From: Chiloscyllium plagiosum
Taxonomy: Eukaryota
Reading direction: 5' to 3'
DNA length: 52,992 bases
Assembly: GCF_004010195.1 (NCBI RefSeq)
Contig: NC_057718.1
Coordinates: 91,620,634 to 91,673,625 of the forward strand
Positions 1-13,430 of this stretch are shown here, in pieces. The position numbers were made by a program, and so were the translations under genes. The notes below the pieces were generated by a model. It saw only the letters and a list, made by a program, of their open reading frames with translations. It ran no database searches and had not been told where the DNA came from. Position 1 is the stretch's first letter. Each line of letters starts with the position of its first letter.

Positions 1-197
1 GGTGGGTTCTTTACCCAGAGAGTGGTGGGGGCATGGAATGCGCTGCCTCTGGGCGTGGTAGAGTCAGAATCTTTGGTGACCTTTAAGCGGCAATTGAATA
101 GGTACATGGATGGGTGCTTAAGCTAGGACAAATGTTCGGCACATCGTGGGCCGAAGGGCCTGTTCTGTGCTGTATTGTTCTATGTTCTATGTTCTAA
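1..197 (+). mobile_element. CR1 LINE 3' end
   Basis: FFTQRVVGAWNALP-type ORF2 C-terminus, then gggccgaagggcctgttctgtgctg and a (TTCTATG)n tail. Confidence 0.85.
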
Positions 198-1519
198 TGC
201 TAATTCAGTTCTGAAGTGGAATTGAGCCCATGCCAAAAAACAACCCTGCTCCAAGCCAATACATAGTTGATATTGTAAATAGCAAATATGATCTTGGTAC
301 AATAGCAGTCACACATAAGATAATGATGTAAAAATGCAGAACATTTATTCAACATTCCAATGTAAATTTCCTCAATTGGGAATGCTTGACTTTAGAGAGT
401 TGGTACCGAAAAATATTCAATTTCTCAGGATTTGTATCCAAAACTTGACTACTTAATTAATATGCTTTTAAAAAAAAGTACCACCTTTATAAAACAATCA
501 CTTGATTTGTTTTGAAATTGATCTAACATTTTGTCATAAATAATAACTGAAAATAAGTCTCCAAATATCAGATATCAAGCTAAAATAACCTTCAACTCAA
601 ATAATGTTGAACTGTTGTGAGCGAATATCTAATAGGCTAATGAAAAAGTATTCATGTGGGATGAACAGCATGTTAAAAAAAAATCACAAACACCTCAATT
701 GCTTTTTTCAAACTTGTTAGATATACACCAACGCCACAAAGCTGCCCATTCACCTTACTTGCTCCTGTGTATTGTTGATGCTGCTAAAATCCACCTTCAG
801 GAGGGTTAATATGAGTAACTGAAAAAGTAATTTAAAATAAATTAAAAATTTACAAATTCTGAAACTAAATCATCAAAATTAACCGCCAAAACATATAACT
901 GCAGGATTCAAATACATCTACACAGCTGCTTTTAGTTCATAGGAGTTTAATAGTTCAATAAAAATTCAATGTGGAGCATGTCCTTTGGCATGAGGACATT
1001 TTGTCCTGTGAAAGAGAAATGATGTTTTTTTCTGTTTCAGTGGGACTATCTACAGCACACTTCAGCATTTAATTTAGCAATTGGAGGCTCAGTCAAACAG
1101 CAGCAAGCCTGGGCAACACAATGTACAGATGATGGTAAGTGGAGGCGTGATGGGGAGAAAAACTTGAGAAATGCTAGTTCACTGACAGTTTCAGCAAGAA
1201 CTACAAATTCATGTTTGAAAGTAAGGCAATACAATTTGAACATTTGTAATTATCTAAATAACTTGGGACAGGAAGAAAATTTTCAAGGGGGACAATAAAT
1301 AATAAAGCATTTGTATATTTAAAATCCTTGAAATCCACATTGGATGCTGAAGTATTTTTTCACCTGAAAAATCTGATTGCAAATGGTTTTGGGCAAATAA
1401 ACCAAACAATGTTATTTTGATACTCAGCAAGTTGTGCAATTTGGTAGGTGAATTATGTTACAAATGTACAATAATAAATCTAAAGGGCCAATGTGCTCTG
1501 GGACTAGGCTTCTGTGCAA

Positions 1520-1779
1520 CTGTAAAATTTACAGGATCTTTTAACTCAGAAACATAACGAATATTAAAACAGGTGACCAAAAGTTGGTTAAATAGTAAAG
1601 AGGACTTTAGTGATGCCAATATGTGGAGAAGTTTAAGTAAGGAATTCCAAAGCTTTGGACTTAGACAGCAGAGGCATGGCTGGCAATAGATGAAAGAATG
1701 CAATCAAAGACACAATGAGATCAGAAGTCAACAGACAATAAAGATTTTAGGGCTGGAGGAAGTAAACAAAATAGGAGAA
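1520..1779 (-). mobile_element. Old L2-like LINE fragment, left part (interrupted by CR1)
   Basis: Degenerate similarity to shark L2-type sequence (ggaattccaaagct...ggcatggc...gggctggagga); appears to continue at 5650-5830. Confidence 0.5.
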
Positions 1780-4700
1780 GGACACAAGAAATCTGGCCCT
1801 TTGAGCCTGCTCCGTCATTCAACAAGATCATGGCTGATCTTTTCGTGGCCTCAGCTCCACTTAACTGCCCTCTCACCGTATCCCTTAATTCCTTCACTGT
1901 TCAAAAAATTATCTATCTTAGCTTTAAAAACATGTACTGAGGAAGCCTCAACTACCTCACTGGGCAGGGAATTCCAGAGATTCACAACCCCCTAGATGAA
2001 GAAATTCCTTCTCAATTCTGTCCAAAATCTGCTCCCCCTAATTTTGAGGCTATGCCCTTTTGTCCTAGTTTCACCCGCCAGTGGAAACATCCTCTCTACT
2101 TCTATCTTATCTACTCCCTTCATAATTTTATACGTTTCTATAAAATCCCCCCCTTCTAAATTCCAATGAATATAATCCCAACCTACTCAGTGTCTCTGCA
2201 TAAACCAACCCCTTCAACTCCAGAATCAACCTAGTGAACCTCTCTGCATCATTTCTTGTGCACAAGTAAGGAGACCTCACCAGCATCCTATACAGCTGCA
2301 ACATCACCTCCTTGCTTTCAAACTCAATCCCTTTAGCAATGAAGGACAAAATTGTATTTGCTTTCTTAATTACCTGTTGCACCTTCAGGCCAACCTTCCG
2401 TGATTTATGCACAAAAACACCCAGGTCCCTCTGCACAGTAGGATGCTGCAATTTCTTAAGATTCAAGTAACAGGCCTTTTTACTGCTATTGCTACAAAAT
2501 GGATGACTTCACATTTATTAACAATGCACTCCATGTGCTACAGCTTCGCAAAATTTCAAAGTCCTCTGCACACTTTGCTCTACCACTCAGCTCAGTGTCA
2601 TCCGCAAACTTTGAAACATGACACGTGGTCCCCAACTCCAAATTATCTATGTAAATTGTGAATAATTGCAGTCCTAACACTGATCTCTGAGGCACACCAC
2701 TAGTCACCGATTGCCAACCAGATTTCCACACTTTGCCTCCTGTTGGTTAACCAATCGTCTATCCATGCTCTTGGTGCTTTGCATCTTTATCTTATGCAGC
2801 AGCCTTTGTGTAGCACCTTGTCGAATGCCTTTTGGAAATCTAGACATACCACACCTACTGTGTCCCCGTTGTCCACAGTGTTCGTAATGTCTTCATAGAA
2901 TTCCAAAAGGTTAGTTAAGCATGACCTGCTCTTCATGAACCCATGCTGTGTCTGTCCAATGGGACAATTTCTATCTAGATGCCTTGCTATTTCTTTCTTG
3001 ATAATAGATTCAAGCATTTTCTCTACTACAGACGTTAAGCTAACTGGTCTATAATTCCCCATCTTTTGTCTACCTTCCTTTTTAAACAGTGGCGTCACAT
3101 TTGCTGTTTTCCAATCTGTGTGAACTGCCCCAGAGTCCAGTGAATTTTGGAAAACTACCACAAGTGCATTTGCTATTTCTCCTATCATGTCTTTTAGCAC
3201 CCTGGGATGCATTCCACCAGGACCAGGAGTTCTGTCTACCCTTCGCTCCATTAGCTTTCCTAACACAATCTGTTTCGTGATAATGATTGTTTCCAGGTCC
3301 TCACCTAACGTCACCTCTTAGTCAATTTCTGGCATGTTATTTGTGTCCTCCACTGTGAAGACCTACACAAAATACCAATTCGATACCTCGGCTATTTCCT
3401 CATATCCCATCACTAAATCCCCCTTCTCATCCTCTGAACAACCAATGTTTACTTTAGTCACCCTAATTTTACATATTGATAGAAACTTTTGCTATCGGTC
3501 TTTATATTCTGAGCGAGGTTTTCTCATAATTTATCTTATTTTCCTTTATGGCTCTTTCTGTTGAGCTTTAAAGCTTTCCCAATCTTCTAGTTTCCCGTTG
3601 ATCTTGGCCACTTTGTATGCCTTCTCTTTCAATTTGATAGCCTCCATTATTTTCTGAGATACCCATGGCAGATTACTCCTTTTCCTACAGTCCTTCCTTT
3701 TCATTGGTATATACTTTTGCTGAGCACTTTGAAAAATTGCTTTGGAAGTCCTCCACTGTTCATCAACTGTCCCACCATAAAGTCTTTGCTTCCAGTCTAC
3801 TTTAGCCAACTCCTCCCTCATCCTATTGTAGTCTCTCTTGTTTAAGCACAGGGCCCAGGTACTGGATTTCAGCTTCACACTTTCCATCTGTATTCTAAAT
3901 TCAACCATATTGTGATTGCTCCTTCCAAGAGGATTCCTAACTATGACATCATTAATTATTCATGTATTATTACACAGGACCAGATCAGTTGCAGAAAACA
4001 ATTCAAGAAAACTATTGTGGTTACATTCAATGAACTCCTCCTCAAGGATACCCTGACTGACCTGATTCGACCAATTGATATGTAGATTAAAATCCCCCAT
4101 GATAATTGCTGGATCATTTTACAGGACTAGTTATTTCTTTGTTTATTGCCTACCCCAATGTGATGTTATTTGGTGCCCTATAGACTATACCTATCAGTGC
4201 TTCTTCCTTCTTAGAATTTCTAATTTCCAGCCAAATGGATTCAACCTCATTCTCCAAAGAATCTATATCCTCTCTCACCATCACCCTTACCTCCTTGTCT
4301 GTCCTTCCAAATGGTATGATACTCCTGGATATTTAACTCCCAAGTTGTGACCATCCCGCAACCTTGTCTATGCAATGGCAACTAAATCATATTCATTTGC
4401 GATGATTTGTGCCATAAACCCATCTATCTTATTACGAATGCTATAAGCATTCAGGTAAAGTGCCCTGGTGCTAGTTTTTGTACCCTCTTTATGAATTCCA
4501 ACATCTCCAATAATAATATCTCCTTCCTTTTTACTTCTTTTATAGTCTGCCAAGTTAAACCCTCCTGCACATATGCTAACCTGCTGTTTTCCTTTTTATT
4601 TGTCACCATACTTCCTGTTGTTTTCTCCTTCCCTTCCCCCTGATTCATTTGGTTAAAGTCCAAGTGACCACCCTATTTATCCTTTTCACTAGAACACTGG

Positions 4701-5648
4701 TTCAAGATCAGTACACATCCCTCTTGTTCCAAAACTGATGCCAATGCCCCATGAAATAGAACCCTTCTTTCCCACACCACTCCCTTTGCCTTGAGTTTAC
4801 TTCACACATTTTTTTTAAATCCCTAAACCGATTTGCATGTGGCTCAGGTAGCAATCCAGAGATTATAACCCTTGAGGACCTGTTCCTTCATTTTGTTCAT
4901 GGTGATCGATAATCCCCAAACAGGTCCTCATTCGTAGCCTTGCCGATGCGGTTTGTCCCAACATGGACCACAACAACTGGATCCTCCCCCTTCCAATCCA
5001 TTATCCTTTCAAACCAGTCATAGATGTCCTGCACCCTGGCACCGGACAGACAACGTAACATGCAGGACTCACAATCCTGCTTACAAAGTAATAATAGAAT
5101 CCTTACAACTACCACTTGTCTTTTTGCTCTCCCCTCTTGAATGGCCTCCTGCATCACAGTGCCGCGGTCAGCTGGCTCATCCTCCCTGCAGCCTTTTCCT
5201 CATCCACAGAGGGAGCAAGTTCCTCATACTTGTTGGACAAGGTCAATAGCTGAGGCTCCTCTGTCCCTGAACTTAGGATCACCCTATCTGCCTCACTTGC
5301 AATACCACTCTGCTGTCCCTGATCACAGATTGAATTTGAGTCTACCAGGTGTAACCGCCTCCTGAAACAAAACGTCCAGGTACTTCTCCCCCTCCTGGAT
5401 GTGCCGCGGTGTTTGAAGCTCAGATGCCAGATCATCAATTAACACTTGCTGCAGATGTATCCACTGCAGCTCGCAACAAGATCTGCCAGTTCCCACATCA
5501 TACAGCTACAGCGCATCACCTACCCATCCATCTCTACTTAGTTACTTTATTAATTTATATAAACTTATCAGTTAATTAATTTCTTAATACTTTTCTATGC
5601 TCTTTTTCAAACTTAGTACAGATTTCCTACCAGCCAATCAGTTCACAG
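1780..5648 (-). mobile_element. Near full-length, decayed CR1 LINE with ORF1 (Zn finger + SGNH esterase) and ORF2 (APE endonuclease + RT)
   Basis: ORF1: CLSGARVQDI...DPVVVVHVGTN (4897-5157). Endonuclease: LYLNAYSIRNK (4368-4553). RT: WKTANVTPLFKK..NYRPVSLTSVV..QHGF..LDFQKAFDKV (2787-3314), VTSGVPQRSVLG..KFADDT (2492-2731), RDLGV..KKAN (2128-2466). Frameshifted with internal deletions. Confidence 0.95.
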
Positions 5649-5649
5649 A

Positions 5650-5830
5650 ACACAAATAAAATTTTTTAACTTTGGAATGTTGCTGAGTTGGGAGTCAATT
5701 AAGTCAGCAAGCACAGGACTGATGGCTGAATGGAACTTGGCACAAATCAGCAGTTGCAGTATGAAATAGCTAAACTTTACAGAGTAAGAAGATTGGAAGT
5801 GTGTCAGGATAATATGGTGAAAGGTGCATG
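5650..5830 (-). mobile_element. Old L2-like LINE fragment, right part
   Basis: gtcagcaagcacaggactgatggctgaatggaacttgg resembles the L2 continuation of 1520-1779. Confidence 0.45.
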
Positions 5831-6084
5831 CAATTGTGTGATTTGGATTTTAAATTCAACATGGATTCCAGTCATTTCTATGAAAGTGTTTTTTTTTAAA
5901 AGAATAGGTCAAAGCCATTTGAAACAGTGATTTAAGTGCATCAATTTCAATTAAGCATATGACTGCAGTCAAGTTTCTGGAAGAATCCCTATAGTGAAAG
6001 CAGATACAAAGACAAAGTGAGATGGCGGCATGTGAAGGAGCAGCTTTTACACAAATGGTGTCCCACAATATCCACAACAATGTC

Positions 6085-6583
6085 ATAAGAAGAGCCGAAA
6101 GAACTGCAGATGCTGTAAATCAGAAACACAAACAGAAACTGCTGGAAAGGCTCAGCATTTCTGGCAGCATCTGTGAAGAGAAATCAGAGTTAACGTTTCA
6201 GGTCTGGTGACCTTTCCTCAGAACTGATGGTAGCCAGGAAAATGCTGTTTTTTTTATACAGAAGATAGGTTGGGGGAGGAGGTACAGAGCAAACGATAGG
6301 TGGAGATAGAGCCTAAAGAGAGAGAAGAATAATTGGACAGACAAAAGAGCGGATAATGATCTGACTAGGAGGGTGAATGGGGGCCGGGGGTAGGAAGAGG
6401 GGGAGCGAGTGAGAGCAAAAGAGAATCCTTAGGGGAAATCAATAGCTGCTAATTGGGACAATTTGTAGCTGACAATGAGATTGTTGTGATAGCAGCTCAA
6501 ATGATGACAAGGCTGGTGTGCGGAGGTTCGGATAAACACATGGGAGAAAGTACTTAGGCTCTAAAATTATTGAACTTGAGATT
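6085..6583 (-). mobile_element. Penelope-like element 3' end / pseudo-LTR
   Basis: Minus strand starts with the ORF terminus NLKFNNFRA* (6583-6554), followed by a pyrimidine-rich UTR, a hammerhead motif and the agatgctgcc...ccagca...cagcatctgcag tail. Confidence 0.7.
6188..6225 (-). ncRNA. Minimal type I hammerhead ribozyme, intact core
   Basis: AGUU-CUGAGGA-A-AGGUC-acca-GACCU-GAAA-CG-UU-AACU: 4-bp stem I, 5-bp stem II, palindromic ACGU in place of stem III. Confidence 0.8.
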
Positions 6584-6879
6584 ATTATAGAGGGGGGATT
6601 GTTAACAATATCAGTTAATATTGGGACCAAGAGAACAGCTAAGACAGCCAGCATTTTAGTGCAGACCTTAATTCTGTGGTTTAGCTCCAGGTATAAAAGA
6701 TATTTTAAAATTACAAATATTAATTTGCAGGGAATTCTGAATTGGTCTTTGGAAAATCATATCCTAAATAATGATATTTAAAACAAATGTGTGAAGTACA
6801 TGACCCGCACTTCAATGGAGAAACTGACATCTGAACACAGCCTAGTCATAAAGTTCAACATTTCTACAAGTGATAAAAT

Positions 6880-8480
6880 ATAAATCTGACATTTTTGACA
6901 CCGAGAAATGCAAAGAACAGTACAAGTCCCAAAGAATGGGACAAATGCAAAGATCAAAGGGCCACAAAGCCGCTACAAAGGATTATGAAAGCAAAATGCA
7001 TGGGCCATAAAGATGATAAAAGGATCTTTTATGGTTATATAAAGGAGAAGCACCCATTTAAGAGGACTATTGGCCCACTAAAGGCTGAGAGTGGGACTGT
7101 TCCCATGATCATGGAAAAATGGCAGACATGCCGGACGATCATCTTATTTCAGTATTCACAGCAGAAAAGGAGGATAGTTTGCCCGATGTCCCAAAAAAAC
7201 TTGAGGATAGTGACCAGGTCTAAATAAAATTAGCTTAAGTAAATCGTCAATATTGGATAAATTAATGGAAGTGAAAAGTGACCAGTCCCTAAGACCTGAT
7301 GGTTTCCATCCATGCGTGTTAAAGAAGGTAGCAGCACATTGCTGATTGTCAGGACATGACTAGTGCTGTTTCACAGGGATCTGTACTGGACCCGAATTAT
7401 TCACAATATTCATTAATAATTTGGATAATGGCAGAAACAGCAAATTATCCAAATTTGCTGAAAACACAAATTTAGGCAGCCAGTGTTGAGGACAGCATAA
7501 AAGTACAACAGGATAGATCAAGTGGGGCAGTCTCGAACTAGAGGGCATAGGTTTGGGATGAGATGGACCTAATGGAAACCTTTTCATGCAGAGGGTGCCA
7601 AAGGAAGTGGTGGAGGCTGGTACAATTACAACGTTTAAAAGGCATCTGGAGGGTATATGAATAGAAAGGGTTTAGGGGCATATGGTGCTGGCAAATAGGA
7701 CAAGGTTAATTTAGGATTACTGGTTGACATGGAAGAGTTGGACCAACGGATCAGTTTTTATACTGTACATCTTCATGACTCTAAGTGAATGCGCAAAGCT
7801 GTGGCAGATGATTTTAATATCAGCAAGTTTGAGGTTATCTATTTTGGACAAACAAAGGATAGATCAGGGATTTTTTTTTAAGAAGGTGCGAAAAAAATAT
7901 ATTGGATGTCAAATGAGATGTGGGTGTTCAGTTGTAAAGCTTGTTAAACTGCACGAACAAGTGCAGAAAATAGTCAAGATGGCTAATGGAATGCTGGCCT
8001 TCATATCTAAAGGGCTGGAGTACAGTGATATAGATTTTATGCTGCAGTCATACAAAATCCTACTTAGACCTCGCCTGGAATACTGAGAGTAGATCGAGGC
8101 ACCACATTTAGAAAGGATGTTTTGGCCCTGGACAGAATTCAATGTAGTTTTATAAGGATGACATCTGGACTGGTTAAGTTACGAGGAGAAATTATACAAA
8201 TTAAGCCTTTTTTCTCTATAATTAAGAAGGTTAAGGGATGACCTAATACAGTTCTTAAGGATAGTAACAGGGAAAGATGATAGATAATGATAAATTATTT
8301 CCACTGATTAAAAATTCTAGAACGAGGGGCATAATCTCAGAATTATTGCTAAGGCTTTCAGGAAGGATGTTAGAAAAACAGGCATATGTAATTAGGCCAC
8401 AAAAGAACCATGATCTTGCTGAATAGTGGAGCAGGCTTGAAGGGCTGAATGGCCTACTCCTATTCCAATGTCTCTGATAA
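6880..8480 (+). mobile_element. Decayed CR1 LINE ORF2 and 3' end
   Basis: KRIFYGYIK..IGPLK, SKFA.NT and KMANGMLAFISKGLEY..RPRLEY pieces; 3' end gggctgaatggcctactcctattcc. Confidence 0.85.
7525..7783 (+). mobile_element. CR1 3' fragment of a second subfamily, nested inside the 6880-8480 CR1
   Basis: gaagtggtggaggctggtacaattacaacgtttaaaaggcatctgga...tgtacatct..atgactcta; same family as 33550-33730; the host RT resumes afterwards. Confidence 0.75.
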
Positions 8481-9379
8481 GTTAAATCAATCACATAAAT
8501 ACCTGGCAATAAATGATGGTAGATCAATGCAAACTAGCATCTACGATTTTGTTTTATCGAGCAGATAAATGAGGATACTAAAGCAACCTAAATACTTCAG
8601 TTAAATTCTTTTCTGTAGGTTTTACGTAGAGATTTGGTGAGATCTTTCCATCCTGCTAATCACATACCAAATTCCTTTGCTGTCTTATTAGAAAAGGTTA
8701 AAAAAAAACTATTCACTGGCTCCTTTCAATTACTTTAACGTGCAAATATTTAGTTCACTTCAGCATTCAGAAATTGTTTACTGCTTGTTTGTTTTACCTT
8801 CTGTAAAGATATTCAACCTTTTCTCAAGCTAAGTCACCAATACTGTCTCAGACTACTGACAACTGAAAATACAGAATCAGCATTTCCGTTGAAACTCTTC
8901 TTATCTGGAATAAGAACTGGGGAAAAGTTCACAGTCCTTGAGTAAAATGTTAGATACTCAGCAAAAGTCCTTTTTTTAAAAAATGAGCATGGTGGAAGAA
9001 TTGGATGTTAGTGAGGATATATTTATTTGAACACCTCAGCACTCAGAACACCTTTACTTCATTAATGAATGTGTTTCCTGGTCAAGATTTATAATATGAT
9101 TTCTTGTGTGAATTTTGAAATTATCTATCAAATTGTCAGATTGGCATTAAGACTTCGAGTCTGGAAAAATTGCAAATAGTTTGCTCTTGCATAACTGCAA
9201 TACCTTTGATTCTTAAAATGTGATTATTACCCTATCAGTATCAATTTTTATAATCAGATTAAACAAATATGATTGATGGAAACGTTAACATTCTTTTGGT
9301 TTCTCCTGACTGCTGTTCCTGCTTTCTGATTGCTTCAATGATTTCCAAAGATTTCTTCAAGGTGCTGGCTTAAAGAGAT

Positions 9380-9580
9380 CATTCCATTTCAAGCAGAAAA
9401 GCAGATTTAATAGAGGTATTTAAAATGATGATGTGTTATGATAGCGTAAATAAAGAAAAGCCAGAAACATCTAGAATCAAAGGATATAGAATGTAAGTGA
9501 TGGCAGAAGAATAAGAGACAATATGACAATTCTTTTTTACACAAGAGATTATTAATTGGAAGGTACTACCATTGGCCTCC
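9380..9580 (+). mobile_element. Highly decayed CR1 3' fragment
   Basis: gatttaatagaggtatttaaaatgatg...ttttacacaagagattatt. Confidence 0.5.
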
Positions 9581-9849
9581 GTATGCATGTTTCATTCTAT
9601 GAAGATATTTTTCTTATTCACTTTGTGTGTCTATTCAGAGTTCAACCCCACTTCTGCAGAATTCAGTGTGTACAAGGAAGAATTATAATTCTTCAGAGTT
9701 TATTTCTTATCTCTGATGTACTGACCAGTCCATCTACTCCACAGTTTCTCTTTCAATATCCAGTTGAATAGCACTCCAATTCCATTATATAAATTCTGCC
9801 TTTCTTAATTAAGCCAGTACATCTCTTGCAAAGGTTTTCCTCTAAGCAA

Positions 9850-10588
9850 AGGACTTGCACATATGTAGCAGCTTTCACAATCTGAGACTGTCCAAATGTG
9901 CTTCGAAGGCAATTCAGTATTTGTGAACGGAACTACTGCAATGTAGGAAATACCATGACCAAATTATGCTCACCTAGGTTTCTACAAATGGCAATGAGCT
10001 AAATGAGATGATACATTATTAATGCTCTCAGTTGAAGGATCAGTGGTTGACTAAGATTCCTGAAAAAACAAGACACACTTTCTGAATACTACTGGACCTT
10101 TTATTTGCACCAGGTGGGAGGGCAGGTGGGACTTTGATTAAATATTCCATGTGAATTCTCTTCTAACCTCTTCTGTCAGGCACAAGATACAGAAACCTAA
10201 ACACACACATGAACAGGTTCAAAAACAGCTTCTTCCCTGCCATTATTAGAATGCTGAATGGACCTCCCTGACTTAAAATAATGTTGATCTTGCTTCGTGC
10301 ACCCCCTGTGCAGCCGTTATCTTGTATCCATTGCTCTAAGCACCCTATGATCTGTTTATCCTTGTTTGCTATGATCTACCTGTACTATTTTCAAAACAAA
10401 ACTGTTCACTGTACTTAGGTACATGTGGTTATGATTAAACCAATCAAAGACATATTGCATCTCCCAGTTTGCTGCACTCCTTCAGTATTGCATCAAAATT
10501 ACAGGCTATGACTGGCAAACTGGAATCTGAACATCCGATCTTCTGATTCAGGTGTGAGAACATTACCACTTAACAATGGCTGATACCT
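9850..10588 (-). mobile_element. Ancient tRNA-headed SINE (DeuSINE/SacSINE1-like), split by a Rex1-type insertion
   Basis: tRNA-like head at about 10520-10588 on the minus strand, central gctgcactccttcagtattgca, and an L2-like tail at 9850-9960. Confidence 0.55.
10156..10447 (+). mobile_element. Rex1/Babar-type LINE 3' end
   Basis: Encodes LLSGTRYRNLNTHMNRFKNSFFPAIIRMLN, a Rex1-like C-terminus; tail ttcactgtacttaggtacatgtg...aatcaaa. Confidence 0.75.
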
Positions 10589-13269
10589 AATCTCATACAT
10601 ACTGCATTGGGGAACAGGAATCAGGAATGAGTCAATTCACAATACTTTATATATGATCACCAAAATGTGGATGTGCAGTACTATTGCAATCAATTTATTA
10701 TAGAAGTTTTGAAGAAAGTAGAGAAAATCAGGAAGTTTGGAATTATATATTTTTGTCTCAAGATTTGTATCAATGACTGAAGTTAATGGCATTGAGCTTA
10801 TACAGTTGTCAAAACTTGATAATATAAGACTTGACTACACAGCTAAGCCATACTTGACAAAATATCTGCCATAAAAGCTTTGAGAAAATAACACAACTTT
10901 TAAGGTGAAAAAAAGTCTCAAGAGTGGAATTTTTTTTCTGACAGTGCTGTCACATTGAATTGCTGCACCTGTTAGGTTGGAAAAATTTATGGAAATAAGG
11001 TTCCAGAAAGTATTGTGTGCAGATGTTGGGAATTCCCTTGCCCAAAATAACCTGCATTGGTTTTTTAAAAAAATCCTTCTACAGAAAAAGTTTTCCAGTA
11101 GATAGCCCCTGGATTGGCTGTTAACTTGTATGAGTAGTTTTAAGAAATGAAAAGTAATAAATAACAGTAACCTAATATTTTCAATTAATAGACTGATATC
11201 AAATTTTGCTTAGATTGCTTGCAAGAATTACTAACAAAGTTTACAATCCAGATTAATAATACATTAGTATGTTTTTTTTAAAAATACATTATCAGGTTTC
11301 TTAGAAACTACAGATAAACTTTGTTAGGTTTCCACAGACTTTAAACACTGATCTTATGATCTGCTTCAAAAATAATTCATTAAATAAGTTATTTCAATTC
11401 ATGACTGGTGAAGTGTACGCTGCCTTAAACCTCAGGTACTACACCTGCAAGCTATCCTCACAAGGAGAGCAGGTGCTGATTGGCAATTGTCAAGCATGTG
11501 AGAAAAGGACTTGTTGTCAGGCACAACCTTTGTGTAAAGCTCATTCCACTGGAAAGATCAGGGTTGAAAGCACTTGTTTCATTCCAGCTATTACAAGAGA
11601 CAAATCCCTAGGTCGGCTTTCCGCTGAGATCAGTGTAACAATGTAAGTGTCCCATTTTATCAGTGTATGCAGAGGTGCCAATGGTCATTTGTCTAATTAT
11701 CTGGCATGTTCTGTGAACAAGGCATGCATCAGGGGAAAGAAACTAGGAAAAAGACCGCATATAACTGTGCAACCAAACTCCCCACGTGCATTATTACAGT
11801 TTTTAATCTCAGCTAAATTGCTGACGAGATATACCTAGTCCCAATATTTAATGAGCTTTCTCTCCCAAGCCTTTGGCAACAGGGTGACTGTAGCTTAATT
11901 GAACCTCTGGGATTTTTTGTGACAAATAATCTAGTACAGACTCCCTTAGATAGCAAACCAAGAGTCGAACAATCTGTAGATGATCTTACTATTGTGTTTT
12001 CTTTACAAATAATATGAATGAAATCACCTTATATTGAAGCAAATATCAGATTTCTGCCATCTTATTGTATATAACATATTTTCTATTCCCCAGTTTGAAA
12101 AGGATTCTTCTGAGTTTTGTCAGCAAAGAACTTCAATTACCTTGCTCATATGCCAGAGTAAGGGAATTTACTTAATGAGGAGTAAAAGCTTCTTTATACC
12201 ACTGTGACAGAAAATGATGAGTCGGCCATCTGTGTCAAATTCAATTAATACCATAGTAATATTACAAAATCAAAGACATCAAATTAGTTGAGTGAAACAA
12301 CAAAATAGACCATGTATGCTCTAAACATAGGAAGGCTAATCCAATTTTTTTTGGACAGGGCATTTGTCCTTACTTATAACAACATCCTAACGTTATCAGT
12401 CAGTGGCACTACAATGCCTGCAGTTAAGCGTTAATGGATCAATCCCTCTCTATTATCTTATGCAACCACAAATCCAGAAAAATGTGTCTAGTCCATCTTA
12501 AGATCTGTCTGTAGCGTTCCTACAGGTAGGTATGTTTACATTGCATGTGTTAATAAAAAGTTACTGTTTCAGAAAGCACCAAACTGATTAGACTTGCCAG
12601 TTTCACAAGATGTTAAGAACACCTTTAAATTCTACATAAATACTTTATTAATGCTCTATACCAAAATGTTTTTACTGATCTGCTAAAACGTGAAACTAGC
12701 GTTTTGAAAATAAGACAATTGTCTTGCTTATGACCAAACATATTTCTGCATGATCAGATGTTGCTTTCAAAGCAATTTGAGACTGTTACTCAGCCAAACT
12801 TGTAAAACGATTTACTAACATCTGTGCCGTCTAGGCTTTATTTTTTCGTAACACTTTTTAAATTCAAAACTACTGCAGCTAGGACATAAAAACATCTGCA
12901 ATACATATCATCTGATATAAAGATCACATTATTCCCCATTAATGCTGATGTTGTTCATAAGCAGCAGTGAAATAGACTTAAGTTCAGGAATCATGAACAG
13001 ATGCTACCCTCAATTTTAGGGAAAGGATACTGTCACAGCAATATCTGGCCAATCTCGCAAAACAGGGATATACTAATCTACATTGATGTAATGATCACAT
13101 TTTTCAAACAGTCAGACAATATGTTACAAGTGATTCAGTCCTCAAAAATATATCTAAGTATTTGGATAGTATTCCACAGAGTTTTTTCCTCCCTTCTATC
13201 ATGTTCTTACTAATTGAGCAATGTAATTTTGTCACCCACATTATCTTCAAAAAGCATAAATCAAAACTT

Positions 13270-13430
13270 AAAATAAATGAAGAACTGCTAGATCTAAAAC
13301 AAATGAAAAACAGAAATTGCTCAGAAACTGAGCAGGTCTGGCAGCATCTGTGAAGTGAAGAGTTACTATGAAGTCCAGTGACCTTTCTTTAGTTCTGCCA
13401 CACTTGCTAAGTTTCTCTAGCAATTTCAGA
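13270..13430 (-). mobile_element. Decayed PLE-derived short repeat with inverted arms
   Basis: Same family as 6085-6230; 13313-13344 is an imperfect inverted copy of 13395-13427. Confidence 0.6.

Noticed and set aside
1046..1243. Minus-strand ORF containing FFSPSRLHLPS, superficially like the RalGAP-alpha tail (VFSP..HHLPS)
   Set aside because: Lacks the conserved YEERA/TFEDFAAQ residues and I see no U12 branch site in front of it; likely chance
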